A stretch of DNA of 64,000 bases from Lama guanicoe (taxonomy: Eukaryota), in assembly GCA_013239625.1 (NCBI GenBank), contig MU053513.1, positions 3,150,927-3,214,926 of the forward strand. Direction: 5' to 3'. The translations under genes and the position numbers were made by a program. This document shows positions 49,976 to 64,000 of the stretch, piece by piece. The notes beneath the pieces are model-generated. The model was not told the origin of the DNA, did not search any database, and saw nothing but the letters and a program-made list of their open reading frames with translations. The first letter of the stretch is position 1; each line of letters starts with the position of its first letter.

Positions 49976-52888
49976 CTCTGGTGTGCAACGAGAAAAGGCA
50001 AGAGACGGGGAGAAAGGGAGGCATGGCAGAGCAAGTTTCTGGCTCCAGCGTGCCTGTGTTTAGATGCACCACTGCTTTCTCCCACAGACAAGTGAACCAA
50101 CAGAATCCAACTTTCAACTAAACTAGTTTAAGTTGGATTTTTATCACTAGCAATCACAATACTTCTAACTAATAAACTTCATAATAAATTTAAAGGGGTT
50201 TATATAAAATAGGCAAGGGACTTAGCTAAACCCTTTATTTTATGAGTTTTATCAAAATAGGCTTTGGAACCACAGATTAGTTAAAATCCCAAGTTTACCA
50301 CTCAGTGGTTTAGTAACCTTGGGTTACTGCCCTTGCACAGTGACTGCAACACCATCTGTAAAAAACAATATATATATAATATATATACACTATATACACA
50401 TACATATTATATATATGTTTTGCAAGTTCACCCTGAGGATCCAATGAAACAATGTACATTAAACATTGTAATTGTAGACTATTCCATGAAAGGTGGTCAT
50501 TGTTATATATCTGCTCTGATGAACCAGAATTAGAGAAAGCAAGAGTTACACTGGTGCTATCCTGAAAGAATGCAGCCCCGAGTGACTAAGGGAGTTTTAG
50601 GGCATTCCTCAGTCTGATGGGGAAAGAATTATGTCTGTGTTAAGTGAACTCACAGAAATGATTCAGAGCAAAGCTAGCAGAATTATTTTCTCTCAAGATA
50701 CTAGAGATGAATGACCTGATATAGCACATAGGTTAAGGCTCATAAGAAATTATGAGGTGACATGAGAAATAAAGTGAAAGAAATAACAATCCCAGAGATA
50801 ACTAACCCTTCTCTGAAAGTTCCTGGGTTTCCCTAGTGGCCTCAGCATATAAATTGGACAACTTGATTAGACTCTGTGTAGATTACCAATGTCTATGCGT
50901 AGTCAATAACCAGAAAAGTTGCATCAATGGTTAACTGGGGAACTTTAAAGATCATCTTAACTATTGATTTATGCAAAGGGTTCTGGCAAATTGCTTAGAT
51001 GAAGAATCTGGTGCTAAAACTGCATTTGTAATTACTGGTTGTATGTCAATTCAATGTCACACCCTTTGGATTAATGCTCTGCTTTTCAAAATTTGGCAAG
51101 TGGTTCAGCCATTTGCAGTAGCTATTGAGGTAGCTGTCATCACAACGTGTAACTAAAATGTGAAAGAGATCATCTGGGACATCTCACATCATTGCCAATT
51201 GAAAACCATAAGACTGATCTTAAGTGAAACTTCAAAAACGCTAACTTTAAACTCTCAGAAGTCAAATACTCTACCACAGATGGAAAATGAACAAGTAGAC
51301 CTTTCTCCCCACCACTCGTTCCCTTCCCCATTACAATGTGAAACAAAAGAGTTGCCTTCAAACACTGGAAAGCATCGCCAACCAAAATGCAGCTGTCCTC
51401 TTCTATAATGCAACAATTTCCTTGAGCCTCTACCACCGCTCTCACCTCCCAGGTGGACAAATTATTTCCTGAATGGGGCTCCCACTGCTCCTGGTTCAAC
51501 ACCTACTAGTAGGGCCATGAAAATAAGCGCTGTTTCCCACTCATGACTTCAGGCAAAGTCCTAAGCCTTATTCATTCTTATTCCTTGAGACTTAGGACTC
51601 TAAGTCAACAAACATTTGCTGAATATTGAATTTTCTTCTTACAGGAAGGACACCTATCCTTGCTGAGAAGTTGAGTATCAAGCCCTGAGTAATTTCAAAA
51701 AAGACTCACCTTCACAAGGACCTTCAGAGAAGTGTTCGTTCTTTGTCCTCATGTATGTCATTGTTGAAGATACTCACTAAGAAGCCAGTGAAAATGTTAA
51801 GATAATTGAGCCCCTCCGGTTACACAGAAGACAATTATTTAACTTAAAAAATAGGTGAGCCAACTGAGGTGATACCCATGGAGGACGGCTTCCCCCCAGG
51901 GGAGGAAAAGATGGTTTTACTGAAGCAAAGTAGAATGTGCTTCTCCCAGGCTGTTGGCTATGGACGTGGGGCAGGTCCGCAGATGACTTCAAATCTGGAT
52001 TAGTGCACTAGGACAGTTATTTGATTTTACTCAGCCTAGAGAATGGGATTTGTTTGTTCAGATCCTGTAGTATGAAGAAATATTTGCAAAACTGAAATTT
52101 CTAGATTGGTTTTGAACATTCCAAACGTTTCATTATTTTTCAGGGTGCCAAGTACTCCATCAGATAAAGGTTTGAGATCAGGTTTTCTCTTAAGGCCATG
52201 GTGGGATAAAGCATATTGTAATCTACTTTTGAAGAAAAGAATGAACAAAAGAAAGATATTTTCCTTCTATTCAGAAGGACTATGTAACAAATCACACACA
52301 TTTGGATAAAATCAGGAATTCCAGAACAGTAATTCCTGGAGAAACATCAGAATGATCTGAGCCTCACTCCATAGCTTCGAATCCCACTTTGAAAGCAGAA
52401 GCAGGTGGGTCCTGGGATTTGAAATCACTGCTCTAGCCTAACATTGTAGTGATTTCTTGTTTGTAAAATGTGCCCCCCTCCCAAACAAAGAAACAAACAA
52501 AAGCAGAAAGCTTAAGGAAGAGGCTTGAAATGCCAACTTCTATATGTTTTAGGGCAACCAGTCTCTAACTTTGGCGTTATTTGCTGTCCTCTTATTGTAC
52601 ATTCCCAGGGCCAGCCCTCCCTGAAAACTCTGCATTTTAACAAGCCTCTTGTATGATTCTGGTCTCAGATCACTATTTTAAAAACATTTCTTATAAACTC
52701 ATTTTAATAAGAAGAATATGGGTCTCGTTAAGCAAACTGTTTGCGTGGTGAGAAGAGACTGAGAGTAGAAGCAATGATACTGAATGTATTCAGCATGGTT
52801 TCACGTCCTACTTACTGATTTATTGATGTTGACCAAAAGTAAGTCATTCTAATCTGTCAAATTGTAGGCCAGCTATTAGCATTGTGTT

Positions 52889-53175
52889 CCAGAGTGGAGT
52901 AACCTATGGTCCAAAGGGCCCTTTTGGCCCATGGGCTCATTTCGGGATGAAAGATTGGAGAGTTGTGCCACAATAACAAAGTTTCCATGGATACTAAGTA
53001 GTGCCATCTTCTCACTGTCTCGCTTGCATTAAGCAGAGTGGATAATTTAATTTGTATGGATAGACATGCTTTCCAAAGAACTTAAATATATTTTAAGTTT
53101 CCAGTTTCAAAGCGGCCCATAAATATTTAATATGTCCTAATTTGGTCTGTGTGCCAAAAGGTCGCTTACCTGTGG
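52889..53175. mobile_element. Old hAT-Charlie-like MITE
   Basis: Degenerate inverted termini (cagagtggagtaacctatggtcc..ggccc / ggtctgtgtgccaaaaggtcgcttacctgtg). Confidence 0.45.
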
Positions 53176-54054
53176 TGAATCTGTGCTGGACACGGACTCT
53201 GCAGGGTTAATGAAACACAACTACTGAGTGCTTGCCGCACCGCAAGGCAGAGTAAAAAGTTCTGCACGTCTCTCATCTCATTTAATCTTCATACCAACCC
53301 TATGAGGTAGCGACAAATAATATTCCTTTATCACATATGAGGAAAATGAGACGTAGAGACACTAAGAAACCTGAATACAGTCGTTTGGCAAGTAAGTATT
53401 GGAATCCAAGATTTGAACTCAGGTCCTTAGACTCCAGACTCGTGTGTCTCAGGAACTAAAGGTACATCCAGGCCTGGCTGGTTCTCCCAAATGGACTAAG
53501 AATGGAGATCTTGTCATATTTTATTGTGTGGTTAAGTTTAAACTAATGAGCAAGAAAGATGCTGCTCCTTTTTCTAGACTAGGAGAGAGTCCTGGAGAGC
53601 AGTTTTCTTCCATCCTGTTTTAATCTGTGATAGCGACAATGCTTGGCAGGCAGTGGGTCAAAAGACCTCTCAAAGTCCAGCCTTCAACCCAAGCACCGTC
53701 CACTGTGAGCCTTTCTAGAGGGTGTCACATGCATGTCTAATGGAAAAGGTCTTACTGAAGTAAAGGGGCTCCTTGTTTCATTTTTAATACACTGCTCTAA
53801 CTAGTTTTCTGTAGTAACTACTAGGAAAGGATATCACATCATTTGGGAGTGATATGGAATTTATAGATTGAGAAGAGGTGGGCTTTTTGGAACTCTCAAA
53901 GGCAAATATTGGGAGGCCCATAACTAAGCTCTCAGGCAAATCAATGCCATCTCCTGGCAAAGCCAGTAATTTTAGGCTGAAATCATAGAGAAGGAGTTGA
54001 GAAAGAGGCAAGAGTAGGAGGAAGACTTTCATTTTACCTTCTAATCTTTGAACC

Positions 54055-54422
54055 ATGTTGTACTAGTCTGTTTGGGCTGCCATACAGAACACCACAGATT
54101 GGGTGGCTTAAACCACAGACATTTATTTTCTCACAGTTCTGGAGGCTGGAAGTCCAAGATCAAGGCGCCAGCAGGATTGGCCTCTGGTGAGACCTCCCTT
54201 CCTGGCTTGCAGACAGCGCCCTGCAGCTGCGTCCTCACATGGCCTTTCCTCTGCATGACTACACTCCTCTACCTCTTCCTCTTCTGAGGACACCAGTCCT
54301 ATCAGATTAGGGTCTCACCTTTATAACCTTCGAGGTCTTCCTTAAAGGCCCCACCCTAGTCACATTTGGGAGTTAGGTCTTCAACACATGGATTTTGGTG
54401 GGACACAGTTCAGTCCCTGACA
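54055..54422 (-). mobile_element. MLT1A/MLT1B-like MaLR LTR
   Basis: gggtggcttaaaccacagacatttattttctcacagttctggaggctggaagtccaagatcaagg..ttcaacacatggattttggtgggacacagttcagtcc. Confidence 0.88.
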
Positions 54423-55007
54423 CACATGAATAAAATACTTGTTCACAAAATAGATGAAAATAAATTTTAAAATACAAAAGCAGATATCACCCTGCCATCC
54501 CTGCTTCCACAAGTAATCGAGCAGCTGCTAGGTGTGTGATAATACTCTGGAAGAAGATGAATCACAAGGGAGGGAACTCACAATGGAGCAGAAAAAGAAC
54601 AACCAAATGTTCTGATATTTAATTTAACTTGCTGGAAAAGGAACAGTCATTTTCTAGTGATGTTTCTAAGATGCTGCTACACACAATGTAACACATCCTT
54701 TCCTCTTTCCATCCTCAATCTCTTTTTCTCTCTCTTCCCCTCTCCCCAATTCTTCCTCTTCTCTTATTTCTTGCTTTCATTTTCAGTATATATATAGACA
54801 TTTTTTGTGAAATCATTCATTTGATTGCCCCTGTTTAGAGTTACTCCTTCGAGAAGCAACCTAGAGACTATTAAAAATTTCAATTCAGTCTTGCTCATTA
54901 CAGAGAATTTGGGGTTCAGTAAAAATTTTGCATTTGCTTACTTAGGGTAGAGGGTAGCCGAGATTCTGATGTCCACCTGAGGCTTGTTTTCACTCTTTTT
55001 CCCTTTT

Positions 55008-55044
55008 TATTATTATCATCATCATCATCATCATCATCATTATT
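55008..55044. repeat. (ATT)n(ATC)n trinucleotide repeat
   Basis: Directly visible. Confidence 0.9.
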
Positions 55045-57019
55045 TTGATTTAGCTGGCTAAATTTTCAGCCCTCTGTTTTATCTGTAAGGTATGATTTTG
55101 TACACACTAACTATTGTAGAACAAGACTGGGGAAATGCCATTCTGGTTTGACTCTTTGTTGTAAAGACAAGAGCAAGAAATCAAGGCAAGTGGTGACAGC
55201 AACTCTGAAGCCAGCAAAGTGCACGTTCCCGACTGCAAAAGGGACCACTTGCCATTCTAATGCAATCCTACCTTAACATCAGTTGAGGGTTGAAGGCAGT
55301 TGTTGAACAAGCCTCTTCATTTCAAGGAAATGTTTAAAAGAAATATGTTTCCATATTTGATCTGTGAGTTAAGGTTCCTGTTTTAAATTTGCTTTGCCAA
55401 ACATCTAAAGTACGCGCAGGAGGGCGCCATCTCTGTTCTGCCACAATACACCTGCCTGCGCCCGAGACAACTCAGGATGGGTTAAAAATATCCTATAATT
55501 TGCTGAAAGTACTGAAGCACAGCTTTGTATCAGGTTTTCCTAATTCTTCTTCTTCAAACCTGCTGGTATTTCTCTTATCAAGATTCGACAGCAGTGGGCG
55601 CATAGCTCAGCTGTCTATTTATGCTTAATACAAGACTGAGAAAACATTTCACTGCGACAGGTAACTTTCCAGAAAGTTAGATCCCTATTTCGTGGGGAAG
55701 GTTCAAGTTACCTGCTTAAATTTGTCTGCTAAGCAGTCACTGTGGAATTACATTTACTGAGGGAGAAGACAAGACTCAAATGGGGAGCAGATACCATCCA
55801 AATGGCCTTTGAAGTAAATTTTATAATTGGGACATTGAGATTAATGGCCATAAAATCGACCTGAGCAACTCCCAAGCCAATGACCAGCTGCAGGACTAAC
55901 ACACCTCTGTGCTGACCTGCTCCCCTTTCCCTGTTCTAATAGCAGCTCTCACAAGTGAAGATTTTTAATAATGTCAAAATGTCCTGTGCCAACAGGGAGT
56001 TGGCAGTGATGGCAATGGTTGCAAATTGACTTCCTATTCTCAATTTGCATTCTGGCCTCATAAGGATCCTATTTGGTTCAAATGTCTGACTGTCTAGCGG
56101 AAAGATAAGCTCACCTTTTAAAATAACCTAATAAACACAGTATTCTGGAAAGCTTAACTTTTGTGGTATGAAAAATGTTATGATTTGAAGGCTATTTCAA
56201 CTAGAGATGCTTATCTTGCAAAACTCCCCTGGCTGTCACATACACATTGTGCAGGATACCTAAAGTTCACCACGCTGGGGGCAGCTGTCCATGTCCACAT
56301 TGAAGTGCTGATTTTGCTACTTCGCAATTTCAAGGATAGCATTTGTCTCGTCTTAATAGATGGGTCAGGAGGCAGGTGGCAGAACTGCAGCACTAAGAGG
56401 TCATCTGTCTAGCGATTTCAAATCACAGCTTCTCAGGCTGACTTCCAGGCTGACTGCAAAGAATTTGTTAAAAACACAATGTCACAGGTCCTGCCCCTGG
56501 GAGACTCTGAGGTGGGCCTTAGGAATTTGCAGTTTTTAGGCTCTCTAGATGATCAGGGTGTGCAGTTAGAACTGGAAATCATTGCTATAAATCCAACCCT
56601 CCCAACAGAGAAACTCTGTTCTATCATTTATCCTTCCAAATTATACCCTAAATAGAGCTTATGGGCAAAATAAGGGATAGATCATGGAAAACACATGCAA
56701 CTTGATAACCAGGGCATTAATAAAAGTAGTAACAACAGAAAAACACTAGCATGGTTTGAAAAATCTTATATGCTCAAAAAATAGGTATAATAAAAATATA
56801 AGACAAAGTTTTTTTAAAACATAAAGTTAGTTTGATGAAAAAAAAATCACAAAGACTGGGGAGAATGACACAAGAAGCACTTCTAAGTTGGACTAGAGGT
56901 CAAATTGAGCCAAGAAGAAGAAGCTGGAGTATGTTTACATTGACTACTGCCCTGCACCCTACCATGGCTTGCCATGTTCAGCGATGTGAGGGCACTTCGT
57001 CACCGCTGCTTGATGGTGC

Positions 57020-59760
57020 AGAACATCAAAGGGTTGGTGACAGCCATAAGTGATCCAACACAATGTCTATGTCATACTGATAACATTACGCTCGTGGCCA
57101 ACTGAGTATGAACTAAGTCACACTTAGAAACACGTGTCAGAGCAGAACAGACAACAATTTCCACCAACTGTTTATCTCATTCCTACTCCAAGGCTTCTGC
57201 CTGAGGTAGCTTACTCCAGTTGTGGAGAGCTCTAGTAATTAAAAGCTCTTCTGTGTATTGAGCTAAAATTTGTCTTTCTGTAGTGCCCAGCCATTTATCC
57301 GAGTCTAATTGTGCTTCTGCATGAGAGAGCTTTTCAGATATTTGGAAACAGCCATCTTCATTCTACATTTTTTAAAATTGAAGCATAGTTAATTTACAAT
57401 GTTGTGTTAGTTTCTGGTGTACAGCATAGTGATTTGATCATACGTATATATTCTTTTCCATATTCTTCTTTAGCCTATAAGGTTATTACCAGGTATTGAA
57501 TATAGTTCCCTGTGCTATGCAGTAGGACCTTGTTGTTTACCTATTCTATATATAGTAGTTAGTAACTGCTGATGGCAAACTCCTAATTTGTCCCTCCCCC
57601 CTCTTCCCCTTTGGTAACCATAAGCTTGTTTTTCTTCCTACATCTTCTCTTTACCAGGCTAAGATCACTCCATTTCCAATATGCTCCTCCTATGACCTTG
57701 CTTAGAGTTCTCTGACCACTCAGGCTGTCTCCCTTTAGAATGCTAACAGTTTTGGGGAAGGCAGAGTGTGGCATACTGTCGACAAAAATAATGACTGTGT
57801 TCCAATTTCATGCTTAAATTGGTAGAAAACTGGGATTCGTTGACAGTTTTGAAAAGGGCAGTACAATAATCAGAATAACCTAATTATTAGGGATAAATTA
57901 TCTAGAAACTCATGTCAACCCTTATCAATGTAATTTATTTTTAATCTGTATCAACACTCATGGTACATATTTCATAATCTCAGAACTAACCTCTCTTGGA
58001 AATATATCTACGTGCCCTATATTATACTTCTCTGAGCTTCAAGGGTTAAACTATGGTTATGAACAAATTTGTAATCAATAAAAAACAAATCAGATAAGAT
58101 AAAATAAAATGCTAAGGGTTTTGATGTCCAGAATTGATCACAACACTCCAGATCTGACTGAACAATGCCGATATGAGAGAGACTACTAACTCGTTTGAGC
58201 CAAACACCAAATTTCTACAGATGCAGAGCAAGAGAATAAGCTTTGGCAGTCAAATCACATCATTGGCTCATCACCTGCCATCACCCATGCCCTTACCTAG
58301 AGAGCACATGTTAGCCCTGAGAGCACACCTGTGCACTTGGCCACAGGAACCTTACACCAAGGCCTCGGTGTCTACCTGATCTTGGGCTGAGGGAGTTCAG
58401 TCTGACATCATCTTTCCAGGTCCCTCTTCACACTTCAGGCAGCAGCTATCTGTGATTCCGGATCCTTCCTTGAAAATTACATCACTCTTATCACATCCCA
58501 TTTTAGACAAGCTATGTGATTTTGGACAGGCATGTCCTTGGAAATACATCTTCCTACATCCAGGAGGGATCATGCCCTTAAACTGAGCCCCGGCTTCCCA
58601 GTTATTTCCTGCCCTAGGGCTCCCATTCTGTCCACAAAAGGAACATAGGTAACCCAGAAGCCCTGAGCATCGTGTTTAGCATGAACTTCTGTTAAATCAT
58701 GTCTCCCTAGGCACATTTATGGAGGTGGTCTTGTACATAAATGTTGGCTCATACATTTATCCGTATAAAATTTTATGCTTTAGATTTGTTGTGGTCTCAA
58801 GTTGTGGTCCCTGTGGCCCTGGACTATAATCCAACACATTTGTTTCACTCCCAGAACTGTGTCACATGCCAGTATGATCTGTGTGGCAGCAGCAGTCTTT
58901 TCCAAGGCATTAATAAGGCTGCTGAAGAGCAGAGACCAATGACAAATCTTCTGGGCTATGTCCCTGGAAGCCTCTATCCACATGACATTGATCCATTAAA
59001 CCACACTCTTAAGGTATTGTGCTTCAATCTGCTAACCTATATGTAGCTGACTCAAAAATAAACTTATATTTAAGTAAATTATACTAAAAGCAAAGGTCAT
59101 AGAAAAACAAAAAAGCATGAGAAATTGCCACAGATGAGAGGAGACTAAGGAAGCATGTCAACCGAATGCAACATGGTATCCTGGACAGAAAAAGGACCTT
59201 AGTGGAAACACTGGTAAAATCCAAATAAAGCCTCTACATTACCTAATAGCATTATACCAATGTGCATTTCTTGGTTTTGAAATGTACAATAGTTAAATAG
59301 CATATTAACATCAGGGTAAGCTGGGTGAAGGGGTATATATTTCGATACTATTTTGTAACTCTTCTATAAATCTAAAATTATTTCAAAATAGAAAGTTTTT
59401 TAAAAAAAATACAAGTTTTTTGAAAAAGGCAATAAATGGTCAAAACTTATCACTTTCCAATTTTACTGTTATCTATGGCCTTGTGGTTGTCTGCCTCTGT
59501 GGTATCTATATGCTCACGTTGTTAAACACTAGCAGTTAAACACTGAGCAGCACACCACTCTTCAGGACTTTCCTTACTGATAAGAAAAACGAACATAGTC
59601 TGCTCATGCCTTTGACCACGTTAACCACTTTTTATCAACTGATGACTATGGGAGACTCTGATCCTCTGCTTTCCTTGTAAACAAAATGATTGCATGAAGA
59701 TACAGCTTTGGATCTCTTCTTATCTACATTGTCTGTAGGTCTGCATTGTTTGTGAAGCGA
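57020..59760 (-). mobile_element. Fragmented CR1/L3 LINE interrupted by younger L1 pieces (about 57368-57632 and 59060-59410)
   Basis: L3-like text (ccagaattgatcacaacactccagat; tcagatatttggaaacagccatc). ORF 58780..58983(-) WIEASRDIAQKICHWSLLFSSLINALE...ILACDTVLG resembles a decayed CR1 RT motif (GVPQGSVLGPVLFNIFINDL...FADDTKLG). Confidence 0.7.
57368..57632 (-). mobile_element. Artiodactyl L1 3' end
   Basis: tttacaatgttgtgttagtttctggtgtacagcatagtga..aatatagttccctgtgctat..ctttggtaaccataag. Confidence 0.85.
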
Positions 59761-62084
59761 GCAGGGTTTTCTGAAACCTGTAGTAATTTGACGGGCGTTT
59801 TAAATATTAAAATCAAAAGAGTCACTTTATTCTCAGAGTCCCAACTAAAAATGAATTCCCCTATGGTGCAAAAATCTTGCACCATTAATCATCTCCCTCA
59901 AAACAATCACTCAAGGCATTACTACCTAATCACTTCCTGTTCTGTGTGCACTGGGTTACAATCCTACCTACTAATCATCATGTGGTCAGGACACCATATC
60001 CCATGTTGACTACAGAGTTGCCGTGATATGCCCTGCAAATGCTTTTCTGAAATCAGATACAATATGTCCAAAGCAGTCCCTTGAGGAACTGGCCTAGTTA
60101 CTCCTTGAAAAGAATTAGGCTGATCTGATGCAAACTTTTTCTTAGTAAATCCCATACTTATATATCACCCTCTTCCAAAAAGTATATGAGGTGATTCTTG
60201 TTTATTAGTTTGATGGAAAACTGTCTGAGATTCAGAAAAATGTCAGGGAACTGTGGGAAACTGCTTCCTAATTGTTATGCTCCGATGTTACGTTCAGGAA
60301 AACATAATCACAAAGCTTGCTTCAGAATTGTTTCTATTTACCTTAATTTTGATTGAAAGCAAGTACTTAAGAAATTTTCTCTCTGGAAGACGTCTAGTAA
60401 GCAAATTTCCTCTATCTTTAACCAGATAGTGTGAGCTGGCTTTTCTTTTCTTAATGAATCCTGTGATATGGACATAGACATGCATCCATCCAGCCACAGC
60501 TGAGCAGAGCTGAGTCCATGAAGACCAGAATCAAAGGGCCCCTTTCTTTCTGTACACAAATTAATAAGAGCAGGATGTAGACTTTATGGTTCAAGAGTCG
60601 AAAAGGACAAGAAAACCTGTACCTCCTTCTAGCCCAAGGAATTAGGCATTATTCACTTTTTTATGTAACCGTGTTCTATGGACAAATTATGTGACAAACT
60701 AGATGACAACTTAAATAGTGGATTTTACAAATGATAATAGACACTATTTATTGTGCCAAACAATCTCGTGTTCACTTTAAACAAATCACCTCGTTTAAGA
60801 CAGTGAGGATTATTATCCTTTTTTTCAAAAATGAAGAAATCGATGTTCAAAGATGTAATCTTGCTCTAGATAACCGGAGTGGTAAATGGTCAGCTAGCTG
60901 GGTTTGAACCTAAAGTCTTCGTTCTTGGTACCAAAGTCTTCGTTCTGTCCCTATGCCTCTCTCTTAGGGTCTGTATTCATTTGAATTACTGAACAACAAA
61001 ATGATAAACTCACTTTTCTGAAGTGAGAGCCATATGAAGAAGTTCTCATGTCCCATTAGTAAAATCTTTCCAGAACACACCTCAATATTCATATACGTAT
61101 AGATTCATAAATTATGTTCTGGTGATATTGTAACAGCATAATGTGTACATTATAAAAAATACAAAAGTAAGAAAATTGTAAAATGCTATAAAAATTTTCA
61201 TGTATTCTAATATTTTCTTCTCTCAACCCAATGGGTTATCTTGTACACCCCTGCACACTATGAACCCCCTCTGACTGAGGCTGCCTTTTGCCAAATTTGA
61301 TTAATTATACACTGTCTTGGTAAATTCTTATGAATACTTTGCACTAATATTTTTACATGTGGGTTTAGTTTTCCAAATATAATTAATAACAGGCAACAAT
61401 GGCTACTTTTCAACTGTAGGTGACATGAAAGGAGCACAACTCTTGGAGAGGATCAAAGGGTAAGAGCCAAGCTTAACTCCAATCCTATCCCATGCCTGGG
61501 ACCTGACCTGTTCCCTCACAACAGCCTTCATTGCCACCTGTACCATCTGTGCAGAAGTGGGAGTAGAATCACTAATGAACAGGGGTTCGGAAGATTAACA
61601 AAAGGTTACAAATCATAGAGCACCTAGTGACAATCAAGGTGCTATGTTAATATTTCCCAGCTCAGATCCACCTGTTTTGTGGATTTTTACTAAATGACTG
61701 AGATGTTGGGAGTTCATGCAAAATCCAAAGAATTTTGCAAGGGGAAGTTTCTTTTTATCACAATAATCATTTGTATTATTGTTAGGATGCTCTACCTTTA
61801 GTCAGAACACAATGCAGATTGCACTTTACCAGCTAAATTCCCAGCTCATGAAAGAAGAGTTTTCCAGAAGAATAAGCACAACTCTTAATTCATAACTTAT
61901 CAGAGAATAAAGGTAAATTGGGGCAACTATAGTTCAGAGGGAGCCCTCGATTAATGGCTGTCTTCATGATGGTCCAGATAAATATTTTTACATATCGCTT
62001 TAACTCAGTGGTTATCAAATTGTGGTTCAGTAGAGTTCAAGAATGGTGCCTGCCACACAGGTGGAGGTGGAGAGAAAAAACGAA

Positions 62085-62102
62085 GACCAGCAGGGGGCGC
62101 TC
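62085..62102 (+). promoter_or_regulatory. CTCF binding motif
   Basis: GACCAGCAGGGGGCGCTC contains the canonical core CCAGCAGGGGGCGC (62087-62100) in AT-rich surroundings. Confidence 0.75.
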
Positions 62103-63194
62103 TGGGCCTCCTTCCCTAATCAGAATAAATTCTCTGATCTGTTTTATACATCAGAGATGCTTAGAGGATTTAACAAAAGGGTATGTTTAAAAAACTTAAT
62201 CAAAGCCCTAATACATGTTGGAAAATTTTAATTTTGTCTCTGTAAATATAAAATTAATCTGATGTTTATTTTTAAAACTTGGGGCAGAATGTGAGGCAAA
62301 AATCAGATTTGATGAAACTCCAAGTGCAAAGATAATGTAAAAAAATGAGTAAATTAGTGATTTTTAGTTTCTACATAATGCTTCAAGTTGAGATACATAA
62401 TACTTGGATTACCCAAAGTTAGAATTTCCAACTTCATCTCCACTGAGGATGACCTCAATGACAAAGTCACTCAGCACACTTGGCACACTTGGCACACTTC
62501 TGAGAGTCTTTATTCAGGCCTATCTGGAGGACTGATAAAGGATGTGCTGGGGTTTTGAACTCTGAATCACTGATTATCAATCTTTGTGGATGCTTTGGGA
62601 ACAAAATCAAGATGGATGAATCTTCCAGTGCGTGGGTGGGGGTGGGGGGAATTACAAGAATTAAAACACACTGAAAAAGCCAGTGTCCTTGCTCTGAAGG
62701 ATTTTTCTGCAAAATATATTGGTAGAGACTTATCATTTTCAGTGGAGCGTAACATTCGAGCCTGTCAGTGTTGACAGTCTGCTCAACGCGAGCCTTGTTA
62801 GCATGTGCTATTGGCAAGACGATGAACATACAGTCCCACGATTACAAGCCCAGACAGACTGCTACAAACTTGGAGAAACAGAAATTGCTTTGACATCAGT
62901 GACTCAGTATCTCAAATAGCTCCAGTGTCTGTGCTCCAGAGGAAACTCCTTACTTACTCAGTCAACTTGGCTCCAACCCATCCTATGGTGAAAAAATCCA
63001 CAAGAGGAAACATACCCTCCAGCCAGGCAAATCTACTCCAAGTTTTTTAATCACTCCTAAACCTTTACCCTCCTTAAATACCACTCCTGAAATGTCTCTC
63101 TGCTTCTATACAAATCATCTTCATTCTTCAAGAACTAAACCAAACTCTTTGTGCTTTTTAATCAGCTCTATCTAATGTAATTTCTCTATTCTCC

Positions 63195-63330
63195 AAATTC
63201 ATTCATTCATTCAAATATTTACTGAGCATCTACTATATATTAGACACTGTTATTGGTGCCGTGGATAGAGCAGTAAGTGAGACACACAAGTTCCCACTTA
63301 TTAAGCTTAAAATCCTAGTGGGGAAGACCA
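63195..63330. mobile_element. L2 3' end
   Basis: attcattcattcattcaaatatttactgagcatctactat..gacactgttattggtgc. Confidence 0.75.
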
Positions 63331-64000
63331 TGGGGAACAACAACAACAAAAATTATGCGTATATATAAAACACATAAAATTTTTGTCTCTCTCTCTCTGT
63401 ATATACATATATACATACACACACATATTTATATTTTTATGACTCCAAGAAATAGTGCTATGTGGAAATATAAAGGATAAGGGAGTCTCTAATATCTACT
63501 GTCTATGACACTCATTTTTGATATAACATCTTGCATTCTGATTGATATTTTAATCTGAAATAATTTTGCAAGCGGCTTAAGGGAGAGATGTACTATCTTT
63601 GTATCCTACGTAATGCCTAGCTCAGATCAGGCAACAGATGGCCAATAAATATTTGTTGATATTTTCTTGATTAAATGAAATCCATTTGCTGACATCATGG
63701 AGGGGGATTTTGACTTGATGCTGTCTAATGGGCTGGCTTAGTCCCTACATAAAGACCAGAAGCTTCGGGAATGGTTTGCAGCTGTCACAATGACAGATGC
63801 TAATTTAAGTCACAGATATTTTGTTTTGAATTGTGCACAGGTTTCATCTATGCAATATTTATTGTAGTGACACTGTGGTGGTTCTTAAGCTTTAATGTTC
63901 GTATTTTCTCCATTTTCTAGTATAGTTTTCAATCTATATATCTTTATTCTTTTTGAAATGAAGATTGTAACTATTTAATTACATTGATCACTTTAATTTA

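Noticed and set aside
59863..59885. Hairpin ATGGTGCAA-AAATC-TTGCACCAT
   Set aside because: A 9-bp stem can arise by chance in 64 kb and is too short for a pre-miRNA or a MADE element.
60912..60947. Short direct repeat AAAGTCTTCGTTCT x2 (similar micro-repeats near 8020, 20860, 40580, 59520 and 62473)
   Set aside because: Ordinary slippage duplications with no shared motif or spacing between loci.

Overview
Mammalian genomic DNA, most likely camelid (camel, alpaca or llama), judged from four tRNA-derived Vic-1-like SINEs and artiodactyl-type L1 3' ends. The only protein-coding sequence I can support is the first coding exon of ST6GALNAC3 on the minus strand (ATG at 18241, MACILK, then a GT donor). 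It lies in a CpG-island promoter at about 18.1-18.6 kb. Positions 1-18223 are the start of its intron 1, and about 18.6-64 kb is gene-free upstream DNA rich in old repeats (L1, L2, CR1/L3, MIR, MLT/ERV LTRs, hAT and Tigger elements). I found no convincing novel multi-gene system. The most interesting signals are a 20-codon uORF and a CArG box in the ST6GALNAC3 leader, an ancient diverged tandem duplication at about 0.35-4.7 kb, an anomalous intronic CpG-rich patch with a 16-bp periodic repeat at about 6.0-6.8 kb, an apparent LTR/L1 template-switch chimera at 46.1-46.4 kb, and a consensus CTCF site at 62.09 kb. Repeat family names and gene identity come from recalled consensus sequences, not searches, and repeat boundaries are approximate.
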